This document shows, piece after piece, positions 10,901 through 23,634 of a stretch of DNA of 47,926 nt. The notes beneath the pieces are model-generated. The model saw nothing but the letters and a program-made list of their open reading frames with translations. It had not been told where the DNA came from and did not search any database. A program made the translations under genes and the position numbers. Within the stretch, counting starts at the first letter, position 1, and every line of letters begins with the position of its first letter. The stretch is from NCBI RefSeq assembly GCF_001194135.2, contig NC_068989.1:29433873-29481798 (forward strand), given 5' to 3'. The DNA comes from Octopus bimaculoides. Its lineage: Eukaryota.

Positions 10901-13900
10901 GATACATATATATACACACACACACATATATAAACACATATTCATATATACACACTTACCAAAGTAAACACATAAATGTAAAACAAGATGGATAAAATTA
11001 GTACTTGAATACCGGAGGTAGAGTAATATGCTTTATCTATAATACATTAAAATTCAGTTTGAATCTTGCTTGCTTGCAATGTTACCCAGCCAAACTAGCA
11101 TGTAATGGGAAAATACTATGAATTAAGTTTACCCTGAAATGTCAATATGAATAAAATGAAACAAGTTTCTTTCTCTTCATGGCTGCTGATTTCAATGGAG
11201 ATGTTAGGCAGCATCTGGGCGGCTTCATGGTATAAATAGATGCTATGGAGTTGGTTCCTGCAATGAGGGAACTAAGCTACTTGATCCTTGTGATGCAAAT
11301 GGCCTAATGACCTGCAGCCCTAACTTTAGGAAACCAGCCAGTTACCTGTTCACCTTCTTTAATGCAGCGCTTCCTTCGTACCATTTGCTTTTCTTGTTAC
11401 CCAGAACTATTTCACTTAATATCCATCTTAGCTCCAGCCAATCACTCTCATCTTCTTATCTAAAATGTTAGTCATGTAGTCCTTCTACAGCAAGTAACCT
11501 GTTCTACTCTAGCCCCTTCTCTCATACTTTTACCCATTTTTTACTTCTCATCTCCAAGCATAAAGTTACTCTCTCAGTATTCATAGTCTTGCAAACTGCA
11601 TGGTGTCTTCACTAATGCTGGTGGCACAGATAAGTATTTAGTACACATAGAGTGGCTAGCAATGGAAAGGGCATCCAACCATAGAAACTATGTCAAAGCA
11701 AACAATGGAGTATGATGCTGTCTTTGGACATACAGAATTGTCAAACCATCCAACCCATGCCAGCATGGAACATGGATGTTAAAGGATGATAATGATGTAT
11801 GTAAGTATGTACACAAGTGTGGGGACTGACTACAAACAAAAAAGTCTCATGCTTATACAGTATTGTTTGCTTGCAATCTGCCATGAAGGCATGCCTGGAC
11901 TATTTGTTGTTCAATAGACATGGGGATTTAATTACTTTGCTTGGAAACAGATGAGGGTTGGTGTTAGGAAAGGTATCCAGCTGTAGAAAACTCTGCCTCA
12001 ACGTGGTCTCATCTGACCCATGTGAACATGGAAAAGAAGTTATTAGAATGGTCACAATGATATGAGCACACAAAACTGAGAATTAAAACAATGATGTGTA
12101 TATTTACTCTGAACACATTCTGGCAGAATGAAATCCGGTTTTTCACAGCTGGATTTCACCTTCAGAGAACAGCCTAACCCTTTAAATTTAGATATTGAGA
12201 GACAAATAAGCTAAATTTGAAAATTAGTTACAAATTTGAGAAGAAATAGAGATGCAACAGATAAAAAGTGCATTCCAGAAGTTTTAAGACTTTTTTTAGG
12301 ACAGTTAGTTATAACTGCCTTAGATTATTGTAATTTAGTATATCATGACTATACATCTAATGAACTGCCCTGCCAACTGTTATTTTTTTTTAATTCTAGA
12401 CTGAAGGAAACACTATTTGTCACAATTCCATCCTAGTAACCAACTACTTGAAAGAGATAGGTATCAAAACTGTCCCTCACCCGCCATACATTCTAAACCT
12501 TGCACCCTGTGATTTTTAGTTGTTCCCCAAGCTAAAGGAGAACCTCAGGGAGTCATTTTGAAACCATTGCAAAGATAAAGGAGGTTGTGTCAAGGGTCCA
12601 AACACCTTCACTTTGGAGGACTTCCATGGGACTTTCACAAAGTGACCAGAGTGTTACAAGTACATTGAAGTCAGAGAAACCTTCTTTGAAGGAGATTAGA
12701 GTTTTTTTTTTCCTTGTAATTAATAAATGTCTCTCCTGAAACAGTCTCAAATTTTCTGGAATGCACCTCATATATTTAATGAAAAAATAGGAGAAAAATA
12801 GTAAAGAAAATGAGAAGAAGTAAAGTAAAATGTGATCATTACATGTGGGTCAGTTGTTAATGGTGTATAACCAGTCATTAAAAAATGAAGTCGTGGTGTA
12901 GGAATAAGAGAAGCAATCAAGCCTACAAGATCATTATTCATGTATCCAGGGTAACGCAGTGTAGCTGTGCTTGTTGACATCACAATTGAGACCTGCAAGC
13001 ACAAAGAAAGAGAAATGGGAAATATGATTTTTAAATAAGCAAAGAATCTAGAGATCATAAGATATTCAAAAATAATTTAGATTCTATGTATGATCAGTGT
13101 TATTCATAAGAACTAACATGTAATTGGCAACAAGTGGGGTCAAAATGGGAGTAAAATAAAAGAGACAAAGAAGTGCTAAAACGTTTTTTTGAAGGAGTAG
13201 TGTGCTATAACAAGGAACTATCACAAGTAAGGGCATCAGGCATTTTAAATCATCTATTACTTAGTTAATCAAGATGTTGTAAATTACTAATAATCTCAAT
13301 TTCTAACATAGGCACAAGATTACACTGAGAGGTGGGCTTTAATCAATATCTTCACTCCAGAATGATGAAAGGCAAAGATATTTTTCTCAACACTCCACTG
13401 ATTTTCCCAGCCCAGTAACAGCTCTAGCAAGTGATATGTTTTAGGGTGGAACAGTCACAGAATTCTTTGATTAACCCTTTCGTTACCAAACCGCCCAAAG
13501 CTGCCCGAAAAAAATTTTGGTTCATGTGACCAAGCCGCCCAAAACCGCCCGTAATCACCTATACATATTTAAATGAGAATATCCGATCAAATCTCGTTAG
13601 TACATTCGTGAAAACACGTGATTATTTGAGTAAACAGTTCAGCTATAGTTTTGTACGACGATTGACGTGTTTTTTTTAATTTTGTGAATTTTGGGAGATT
13701 TTTTTCCAAATTTGTTCCTGTTGTGTTTTCAAAATTTGTAATCCTGACAAAAAAATGGATACGAATTTTATTCTGTCAAGCAGCGAGTCAGAATTTGAGG
13801 GATTTTCCATTNNNNNNNNNNNNNNNNNNNNNNNNNNNNNNNNNNNNNNNNNNNNNNNNNNNNNNNNNNNNNNNNNNNNNNNNNNNNNNNNNNNNNNNNN

Positions 13901-16900
13901 NNNNNNNNNNNNNNNNNNNNNNNNNNNNNNNNNNNNNNNNNNNNNNNNNNNNNNNNNNNNNNNNNNNNNNNNNNNNNNNNNNNNNNNNNNNNNNNNNNNN
14001 NNNNNNNNNNNNNNNNNNNNNNNNNNNNNNNNNNNNNNNNNNNNNNNNNNNNNNNNNNNNNNNNNNNNNNNNNNNNNNNNNNNNNNNNNNNNNNNNNNNN
14101 NNNNNNNNNNNNNNNNNNNNNNNNNNNNNNNNNNNNNNNNNNNNNNNNNNNNNNNNNNNNNNNNNNNNNNNNNNNNNNNNNNNNNNNNNNNNNNNNNNNN
14201 NNNNNNNNNNNNNNNNNNNNNNNNNNNNNNNNNNNNNNNNNNNNNNNNNNNNNNNNNNNNNNNNNNNNNNNNNNNNNNNNNNNNNNNNNNNNNNNNNNNN
14301 NNNNNNNNNNNNNNNNNNNNNNNNNNNNNNNNNNNNNNNNNNNNNNNNNNNNNNNNNNNNNNNNNNNNNNNNNNNNNNNNNNNNNNNNNNNNNNNNNNNN
14401 NNNNNNNNNNNNNNNNNNNNNNNNNNNNNNNNNNNNNNNNNNNNNNNNNNNNNNNNNNNNNNNNNNNNNNNNNNNNNNNNNNNNNNNNNNNNNNNNNNNN
14501 NNNNNNNNNNNNNNNNNNNNNNNNNNNNNNNNNNNNNNNNNNNNNNNNNNNNNNNNNNNNNNNNNNNNNNNNNNNNNNNNNNNNNNNNNNNNNNNNNNNN
14601 NNNNNNNNNNNNNNNNNNNNNNNNNNNNNTTTTCTATAATAATATTTTGTTGTATACCCAATTGAATATTAGCTAATAACCCATTTTCTATAGCAATGTT
14701 TGAACAAAAATTTAAATAACTTTATATTTTGTTGAATTTACCTGTATTTACCTGTAATTAGAGTCACTTTGTGACAAAAATTTTGGCATAGAATTGGTTG
14801 AGAACCTTTCGTTAAATTATCTTCCAAAAATCACATTAATATGTTGATAAATAAAAAAGTTAGAGTTGTTTAATGAAACCAGACTAAATTTATGATTATG
14901 TTAGAAATTAATTGAAACACATAAGGGGTGTAATTTGGTTAGAAATTTGCTAACGAAAGGGTTAATAAATCTAATCTTCAAAGTAATTAAGAGCAAAAGC
15001 AGATCAGGATGGAGTTAATTTAGGTGTGGGCTTGTGCCAAACAGTTTAGGTTCCAGTAGAACAATTAAAAGAGAAAATTAATCAAAGAAATCTATTTTGC
15101 TTCTGATAACATGCAGGTCTTTCACAATATCCCACCACTGTATTGAGTAGCATACAAAATCCTTGGAAGAAATATATGTATGTCCTTCAAGCAGTTTAGG
15201 ATTAGCACTAAGTGGGGATCATTCTTGAGGAAGTGAAAAAATACTGTAGAATACAGGTTCAAGGCAGAATAAGCAGGAGTTACAAAGAATAAATCCTGCA
15301 GAGGTCAAATTCTTACTTTCTGGAATGTTACTGAGTAGTTGCAGGAATGGCATGATTTCCTTATTCTCAACTTTATCAGCTTCAGAAAAGATTTCAAGAG
15401 TCTTAACAGGAAAGTTATCTGGAGTCTATTCTGTGACTACAAAATACCTAACACAAATATCATTCAACAGCTGTACAAAGACATTCACTGTCAAGTGATA
15501 CACCATGGAAGATTGTTAAACCCTTTCAAAGTAATCAATGAGATAAAGCAAAGATATCTTTACTTAAGTGATAGATGTCTTTATCACTAATAATGTTTTT
15601 GAAAACAACTGATAAGGTGAAGGAGCAAGCTAGGCAAGCCAAAAGAGTAAATGCTAAAAAATCTCTTTGCAAATGACATTTGTCTGATATCCCAGAATGA
15701 CAAAGACATGCAGAAAAAAGAAACAGACAGGCTAATAGATAATTATGAAAACTACAGCGAGAGTTAATATTGAAAATACAAAAACAAAGTAATGACCCTG
15801 ACTCTGTCATGGTTGAAAATCAAATGTTGAATGAAAACAACTGTTTTACATATCTCAGAAGGCATGATGTCTGCAAGTGAAGGTAGAGAAGAAGGTACCA
15901 ATGCACAATTTAGGAAAGTAAATCAAACTTTTAATATTTTAAAATCAAGCTTAAAAGTAAAGGCTGTCCTAACATATTAAGCTGACAATTTTCGATAGAA
16001 ATGTCAAATCCACCTTACTATATGGTGCTGGGTCATAAGTGAATAAACATAAATATCCTCAGAAGGTTACAAATATTCATGATCATGTACTTCAAAAACA
16101 TCGTAAATAGCCAGAAGTTGTGAACAACAAAGAACTCTGGATTAGAGCTAAGCAAAATCCATCAGTCAATAAATAGCAAAATTTAAGTAGAGATGGGTAG
16201 GTTATACACTTTAGAAGACAAGGGGGATGTTTGGTAAGATAAGTCTTGGACTGGAACCCAGAGAGAAAAAGAAGATAGGGTGCCTATAATCACTTGGCAG
16301 AAATAGAACTGAAGATGACAGATATGACATGAAACCAAATGAAAAAGAAGGTTCAGGACAACACATTGGAAGATTGTTAAAGAGAGATCCAGAAGTATAA
16401 ACAAGCCATGATGACGATATTGAGAGATTAAATAAACAATAAACATTCATTCTTTCTTCAGCTTTTTAGTTTTTTTGTCATTAAAATATAGACATTCAGA
16501 ACAAGATGTCTTTGGTACCATGAAGCAGTTCACTTTTGTAAGCAGTAGCAGTAAGAAGGATTTTGTACAATTTTATCTGTCCTCTTTCTACTTAAGTCTA
16601 ATGCAAAAAGAGTTAAAATTGTTTTTCGAACTCACCAATGAGTTGATCTGACCAAAAGTTGGATTCTGAATGCGAAGGCGATCAGTTGCAATTCGGTGGA
16701 GAGCTGTGTTATCCAAAACAACCTGTAAAACAAGAAATTATCAAGAATATAAACAAAATGACATTAATACTGAAAACATTAGAATCTTAAAAGACAATTA
16801 ACTAAACATTATGCTCAGATCTAACAACTTGCATTATAAATCATACCATGTATAAGATGTTCAATTCAGAAATAAAATTTTTTTAAATATGACAAAGAGG

Positions 16901-19900
16901 ATGATTAGCCACACTGCATTGAAGAGGGAGAGGTCCTAATTCCAGTTAGGCTAAGTAAACTAGTGTACCTTGTCTGTGAACTGAAAATGTTATGAATCGT
17001 TTCTATTAACATCATAGTCAGCAAGCTAGCAACTCAACTGTTCAACCATCATATCAGTTTTTTTTACCATTTTATATTGTATTAGATCCATTTTTCTTAT
17101 AAGCATAGGATAGTTGTTGGAAAATTTTACATGTGGAAACTTTTGTCAGCTAAGCATAACAAGGCATTCAGATTTATGAACCTTATTCAATGGTGAAACA
17201 GAATAATTAAAAAACCAGATAATGTAGTCTTAGATACACTATGTCTTAATGAGAGACAAGTTGGTCAGACTGTCGAGAGGTTACCTACCATTAGACAGGA
17301 AACTAGATTCAAATGTTTACAACAGAGTGGACTTTGCTAAAAGCAAAGGATACATAGGTGTTAAACAAGGGATGGAGTAAGTCTACACCCAATCTTAGCT
17401 AATGTACCATTTCTTTAATTAACAGAATTCTCAGATTCTAATTAAAACCCATTGAGCTAAACAGAACATTGAAAGCTTAATGTAAAAACATTAAATAGCT
17501 TACCACACAATCTGCATTCAATGTAAGTCTTTTCAATGTTAATAGAGAATTATATGGTTGGACAACAACATCTGATATTTCATCCAGATTTGGAAATACT
17601 GAATATGTCTGAATAAGCTTTTTGGGAAACCTGCAAATAAATTAATACTTTTAATCATATCAAGCTAACAAGATATCAATCAAGACATATAAAAATACAA
17701 GATTACATTTTACTTCGGGGTAGTCACAGGTGTAAATTTAGTAGTGAGCAGGGATACCAATAAGATTTTCAGGACACACCCAGACTGGCATAGGGACAAA
17801 GACTCTAAGTTACAAAAATATCAAATTTAAACTGGCCATATCCAACCAAAATATTCAACCTGTTTTCTGTTCAAACTGGTCAGATGTCTCTCACATCAAC
17901 CCTACAATATCATTCTAAAAATTATCTCTTCAAAATCTCAAAGCTACAAGATAATGCATGGTTAATTCAAAGCAATGTGAATAATAAGCATTACTTTTGA
18001 CAGAATAATGTAAATGCTAAAGGTTTAAACAGAAATATAGCAAACAGTTAATTACTTTTATATATAACAAAAATTACTCCATCTGTTGAAACAATAACAG
18101 AGTTGTTACTTTCTGTCTATCTTTTTAATTCTTTCCAAGTATCTTTTGCTTACAGACATCTTTTTTATAAGTCCTTGATTCTGCCAAAATTAACGCTTTT
18201 TTATTCACATTGTTTTGAACTAATCATGCATTATCTTGTAGCTATGAGATTTTGATGAGGTAGCTGTTAATTTTTTAAATGATATTGTAGGGTTGGTGTG
18301 AGAGACCAGATCCAGCCAGTTTGAACATAAAACAAGCAGAATACTTTTGGCCGGATATGGCCGGTTTAAATGCACCAATAAATCTTTGTAAGCTGAGTTT
18401 CGTGTCCAATGAAGGAGACGACGTTGGCATGGGTGCCAGTCGTCGAATTTAACTCAATTTCGATTTCACTTGCCTCAACAGGTCTTCGAAAGTGGAGTTT
18501 AGTGTCCAATTTAACTCGATTTCGATTTCACTTGAGACAACGTTGGCATGGGTGTCAGTCATCGACTTTAACTCGATTTCGATTTCACTTGCCTTAACAG
18601 GTCTTCGCAAGTGGAGTTTAGTGTCCAATGAAGGAAGGTACGCATAAGTGGACTGGCTGAAGCCTTAGATTTAGGTCTCACTTGGCTTGCCGGGTCTTCT
18701 CACGCACAGCATATTTCCAAAGGTCTCGGTCAGAAGTCATCGCCTCGGTGAGGCCTAATGTTCGGAGGCCGTGCCTCACCACCTCATCCCAGGTCTTCCT
18801 GGGCCTACCTCTTCCAAGGGTTCCCTCAACTGCTAGGGTGTGGCACTTTTTTACACAGCTATCCTCATCCATTCTCACTACATGACCATACCAGTGCAAT
18901 CGTCTCTCTTGCACACCACAACTGATGCTTCGTAAGTTCAACTTTTCTCTCAAGGTACTAATACTCTGTCTAGTATGCACACTGACATTACACATCCATC
19001 GGAGCATACTGGCTTCATTCCTTGCGAGCTTACGCATGTCCTCAGCAGTCACAGCCCATGTTTCACTGCCATGAAGCATGGCTTTTCGTATACATGCGTC
19101 ATACAGTCTGCCTTTTACTCTGAGTGAGAGGCCCCTTGTCANNNNNNNNNNNNNNNNNNNNNNNNNNNNNNNNNNNNNNNNNNNNNNNNNNNNNNNNNNN
19201 NNNNNNNNNNNNNNNNNNNNNNNNNNNNNNNNNNNNNNNNNATACGTGCAGGTGTGGCTGTGTTGTGAGAAACTTGGTTCCAAAGCACATGATCTTGGGT
19301 TCAGTCCCACTGTGTGGTGACTTGGCATGTGTCTTCTACCTCAGACCAACCAAAGCCTTGTGAATGGATTTTGTAGACAGAAATTGAAACAAATAAATCG
19401 TATATATATGTAAGTGGATGTGTGTGTCTTTGTCTCTGTGTTTCACCCTCATCCCTGCTTCACAACTGCTGTTCGTTTATTTACTTCCCCATAACTTACT
19501 GGTTTGACAAGAAGAAACTGATAGAATAAGTACCAGGCTCATCAAAATAAAAAAAAGTACTAGGCAGTGTCTCACATTTTTGTTTGCCCACTCAGTTGTA
19601 TCTATCAATTTGGGGTGTATGGGCTGTAGGGGAGGGGTAGTATCTCTGACGGGGCAACAGTTGTGCTCCTCATTGGAGTAGTTGCTCCGCTTTGGTCCCC
19701 ACCTGCACTCAGCTCTCACTTGTGGCTCCTAGTAGCTATTTGTATGCAACTGCGGCCACATCCCAGGAAATGGCTTTGACTAGTCAGCTAAACCAAGTGA
19801 GGGTAGCTGACTGGACTTAAACCATCGGCGAGTTAGGGCTTGCCTACCTACGCATACGAAGACTGGAGCCGGCTGATTCTACAGAAGAAACCACCAGAAC

Positions 19901-22900
19901 GGTTTCAATGGAGAAGAGGACGGTTACAGCAGGACACAGTGGAGTGCATAGGGCAAGATGAGGCACTATAGGACATCTTGGTCATTCACTGTATCCGGTT
20001 CTGTCCCCAGTCATCTCGATCTGGTCCTGCCGCTAGTTAAGAAGGTCTTGGATAAGAGAGTGAGGTTGGCGATGCGCAACCCTTCCTCACTTTAAGCAAA
20101 GTTTCCTCGTGCAAGTCATCTTTCATCCTTCTTTCCACGCCTTCATCCCAAAGTCCTGTGGTGACAGGCATGCGACAAAACAACAGGTGAGGGTACACTG
20201 GAAGTCGTAGCCGCAAACCTGCACACAGGGTCACTATTCACTGATCTGGAGCAGCAGTGGATTTCGGCAGATGTCTGGGCGACTGAGCAGTCCTATTCAG
20301 GAACGCACTGCTCACCTCCATGGCATGAGGAGCGGACTAGAAAAGGTGTCCCAAACATTGCCTGCTCCACCTACCCTAGCCAACCTACCATGACTGGAGG
20401 GGACCCTACACACTGCAGTCGAAACAAAGAACAAAGAAAAAAAAACGAGGATTACACCACTCATCCTCGCTGCTTGGAACGTTCGTACGCTTCTTGACAG
20501 AGACGAGTCGGAGAGAACTCAGAGACGCACAACACTAATAGAAAATGAACTCGCCAGATATAACATCGACATTGCTGCTCTCGGCGAAACCAGGCTGCCG
20601 GGCGAAGGCAAACTACAAGAAAAAGGTGCAGGATTAACTTTCTTTTGGAGTGGATGTCGACCTGAAGAGAGAAGAGAGGCTGGAGTTGGCTTTGCAGTTA
20701 AGTCAACATTGGCTGGCAAGTTGGTTGGTCCCCCAAAAGGTATGAATGATCGCCTAATGACAATGAGACTCCCCCTTTGTTGTGTACAGAAATACACCAC
20801 CATTGTCAGTGCCTATTCCCCCACCATGANNNNNNNNNNNNNNNNNNNNNNNNNNNNNNNNNNNNNNNNNNNNNNNNNNNNNNNNNNNNNNNNNNNNNNN
20901 NNNNNNNNNNNNNNNNNNNNNNNNNNNNNNNNNNNNNNNNNNNNNNNNNNNNNNNNNNNNNNNNNNNNNNNNNNNNNNNNNNNNNNNNNNNNNNNNNNNN
21001 NNNNNNNNNNNNNNNNNNNNNNNNNNNNNNNNNNNNNNNNNNNNNNNNNNNNNNNNNNNNNNNNNNNNNNNNNNNNNNNNNNNNNNNNNNNNNNNNNNNN
21101 NNNNNNNNNNNNNNNNNNNNNNNNNNNNNNNNNNNNNNNNNNNNNNNNNNNNNNNNNNNNNNNNNNNNNNNNNNNNNNNNNNNNNNNNNNNNNNNNNNNN
21201 NNNNNNNNNNNNNNNNNNNNNNNNNNNNNNNNNNNNNNNNNNNNNNNNNNNNNNNNNNNNNNNNNNNNNNNNNNNNNNNNNNNNNNNNNNNNNNNNNNNN
21301 NNNNNNNNNNNNNNNNNNNNNNNNNNNNGAAGCCTGGACTGCACTCCGGGTGACATTGTACAACACAGCCATGGAATGCCTTGGGCCATCTACAAAGAAG
21401 CACAAGGACTGGTTTGATGAGAACTGCACAGAGATCAAGCAACTACTAGAGGAAAAGCATCGTGTTTACAAAGCTCACCTCACTGACCCCAAGTCAGTTT
21501 CAAAGAAAGACAGACTGCGGAGTGTACGGAGCACTATCCAAACAAAGTTGCGCCAGATGCAGGATTCCTGGTTTAGTAGCAATGCAGACAAGAATGACAT
21601 GAAGAATTTCTATGACAGCTTGAAGGAAGTTTACGGCCCTACTACTGCAAGAACACTGTCTCCCCTCCTTAGTGCTGACGAGGCAACACTGATCACCGAC
21701 AAGGAAAAGGTATTAGAGATGGGCTGAACATTTTGACAGCGTCCTGAATAGGCCTTCCACCATCAATGGTGAAGCCATCGATAGACTACCTCAAATCCCC
21801 GTTGAAGAGTCAATGGACATTGAACCAACTTTGGAGGAAATTCAGAAAGCATGCCGCCTACTGTCCAGTGGCAAAGCACCTGGTCTGGACTCCATCCCAG
21901 CTGAAGTATTCAAAGAAGGCGGTATGGTCCTAACCAGGAAAATTCATCAGCTGTTTCAGCCCATCTGGATGCACGAGACAGTGCCTCAAGACTTCAGAGA
22001 CGTCTCCATCATCCACCTCTACAAGCGAAATGGAAACCACTAGGTCTGTGACAATCATCACGGAATTTCATTGCTGTCCATCACAGGCAAGATCCTGGCT
22101 AGAGTTTTGCTCAACCGCCTCGTTGTACACTTAGAGCAAGGTCTCCTACCTGAGAGCCAGTGTGGCTTCCGGAAAGAGCGTGGGACTATCAACATGGTGT
22201 TTGCTGCTAGACAGCTGCAGAAGTGTCGGGAGCAGAACATCAACCTCTACTCCACCTACATCGACCTGACCAAGGCCTTTGATACCGTTAGTAGAGAAGA
22301 TCTTTGGAGAATCTTGGCGCAGTATGGATGCCCCAGAAAATTCATCACCATCGTAAGACAACTACACGATGGCATGTTGACAAGGGTACAAGACAACGGA
22401 GAGACCTCTGATCCATTCCCTGTCTCCAACAGAGTGAAACAAAAATGTGTCCTTGCTCCCACCTTGTTCAGCTTTACGTTCTCAGCCATGCTGACAGATG
22501 CTTTCAGGGACACAGACATCGGCATCAAGTACTGGTCCGACGGTTCAGTCTTCAACCTCGGGAGGCTCAAAGGTTTCAGTAGACACCGTCAACGGCCTCC
22601 TGTTTGCCGATGACTGCGCTCTCAATGCTGCCACTGAGTCCAACATGCAGCACAGCATTGACTTGTTCTCTGGTGCCTGCAACAACTTTGGCCTTACTAT
22701 CAACACAAAAAAGACCGAGGTAATGTATCAGCCAGCTTCAACGAAGCCCTACGTTGAACCCAACATCACCATCAATGGGCAGCGACTGAACGTGGTGGAC
22801 AAGATCACCTACCTTGGCAGCACACTCTCTAGAAATGTCGTCGATGACGAAATCAACGCCAGACTCGCCAAGGCAAGCACTGCCTTCGGCAAGCTACGCA

Positions 22901-23599
22901 AGACTGTCTGGAACAGGATGGGGATCATCATGACAAAGATCAAGGTGTACCGGGCTGTTGTTCTCACAACACTGCTTTATGGCTGCGAGTCCTGAATGGT
23001 CTACCAGCTTCATGCCAGGAGGCTGAACCACTTTCATACAATAAGCCTCAGAAAACTTCTCGGCATAAAGTGGCAGGACAGGATCCCGGACACTGAGGTA
23101 CTAATACGTGCTAACCTGCCCAGCATCCATACCATCTTGATGCAGTCTCAGCTTCCCTGGGCGGGGCACATAGCTCGCATGTCAGACGATCGATTACCAA
23201 AAAGATTGCTCTTTGGCGAGCTGCAAAAGGGAAAGTGCTCACAAGACGGCCAGAAGCGCTTTAAGGACACACTGAAAGCCTTCAACATCGACCGTGACAC
23301 TTGGGAGCAGTCTGCTCTAGACAGAGAAAGGTGGCGATCAGCTGTCCACAAGGGTGCCAACACATGCGAGACCAATAGGATCGCTGCTACCGAAGACCGC
23401 AGACAAGCCAGGAAGAACAGAGCTAACAACCCCGTAGCAGGCGCCATCATTCCCTGTCCACACTGTCAAAAACTCTTTCGGGCGCAGATTGGCCTCACTA
23501 GCCATCTGTGGACTCACAAAACAAGCCCACCCCCACCTGGGATGACTAGATGGTGTTCGTCACATCGACAGTCAAACTAGATCTATCAATCTATCTTTT

Positions 23600-23634
<35 letters not shown>

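Noticed and set aside
13684-14676. Long ORFs of 140-330 aa in the track here and at 20709-21727 and 24314-25085
   Set aside because: They are mostly X residues from N-gaps, so their length is an artefact.
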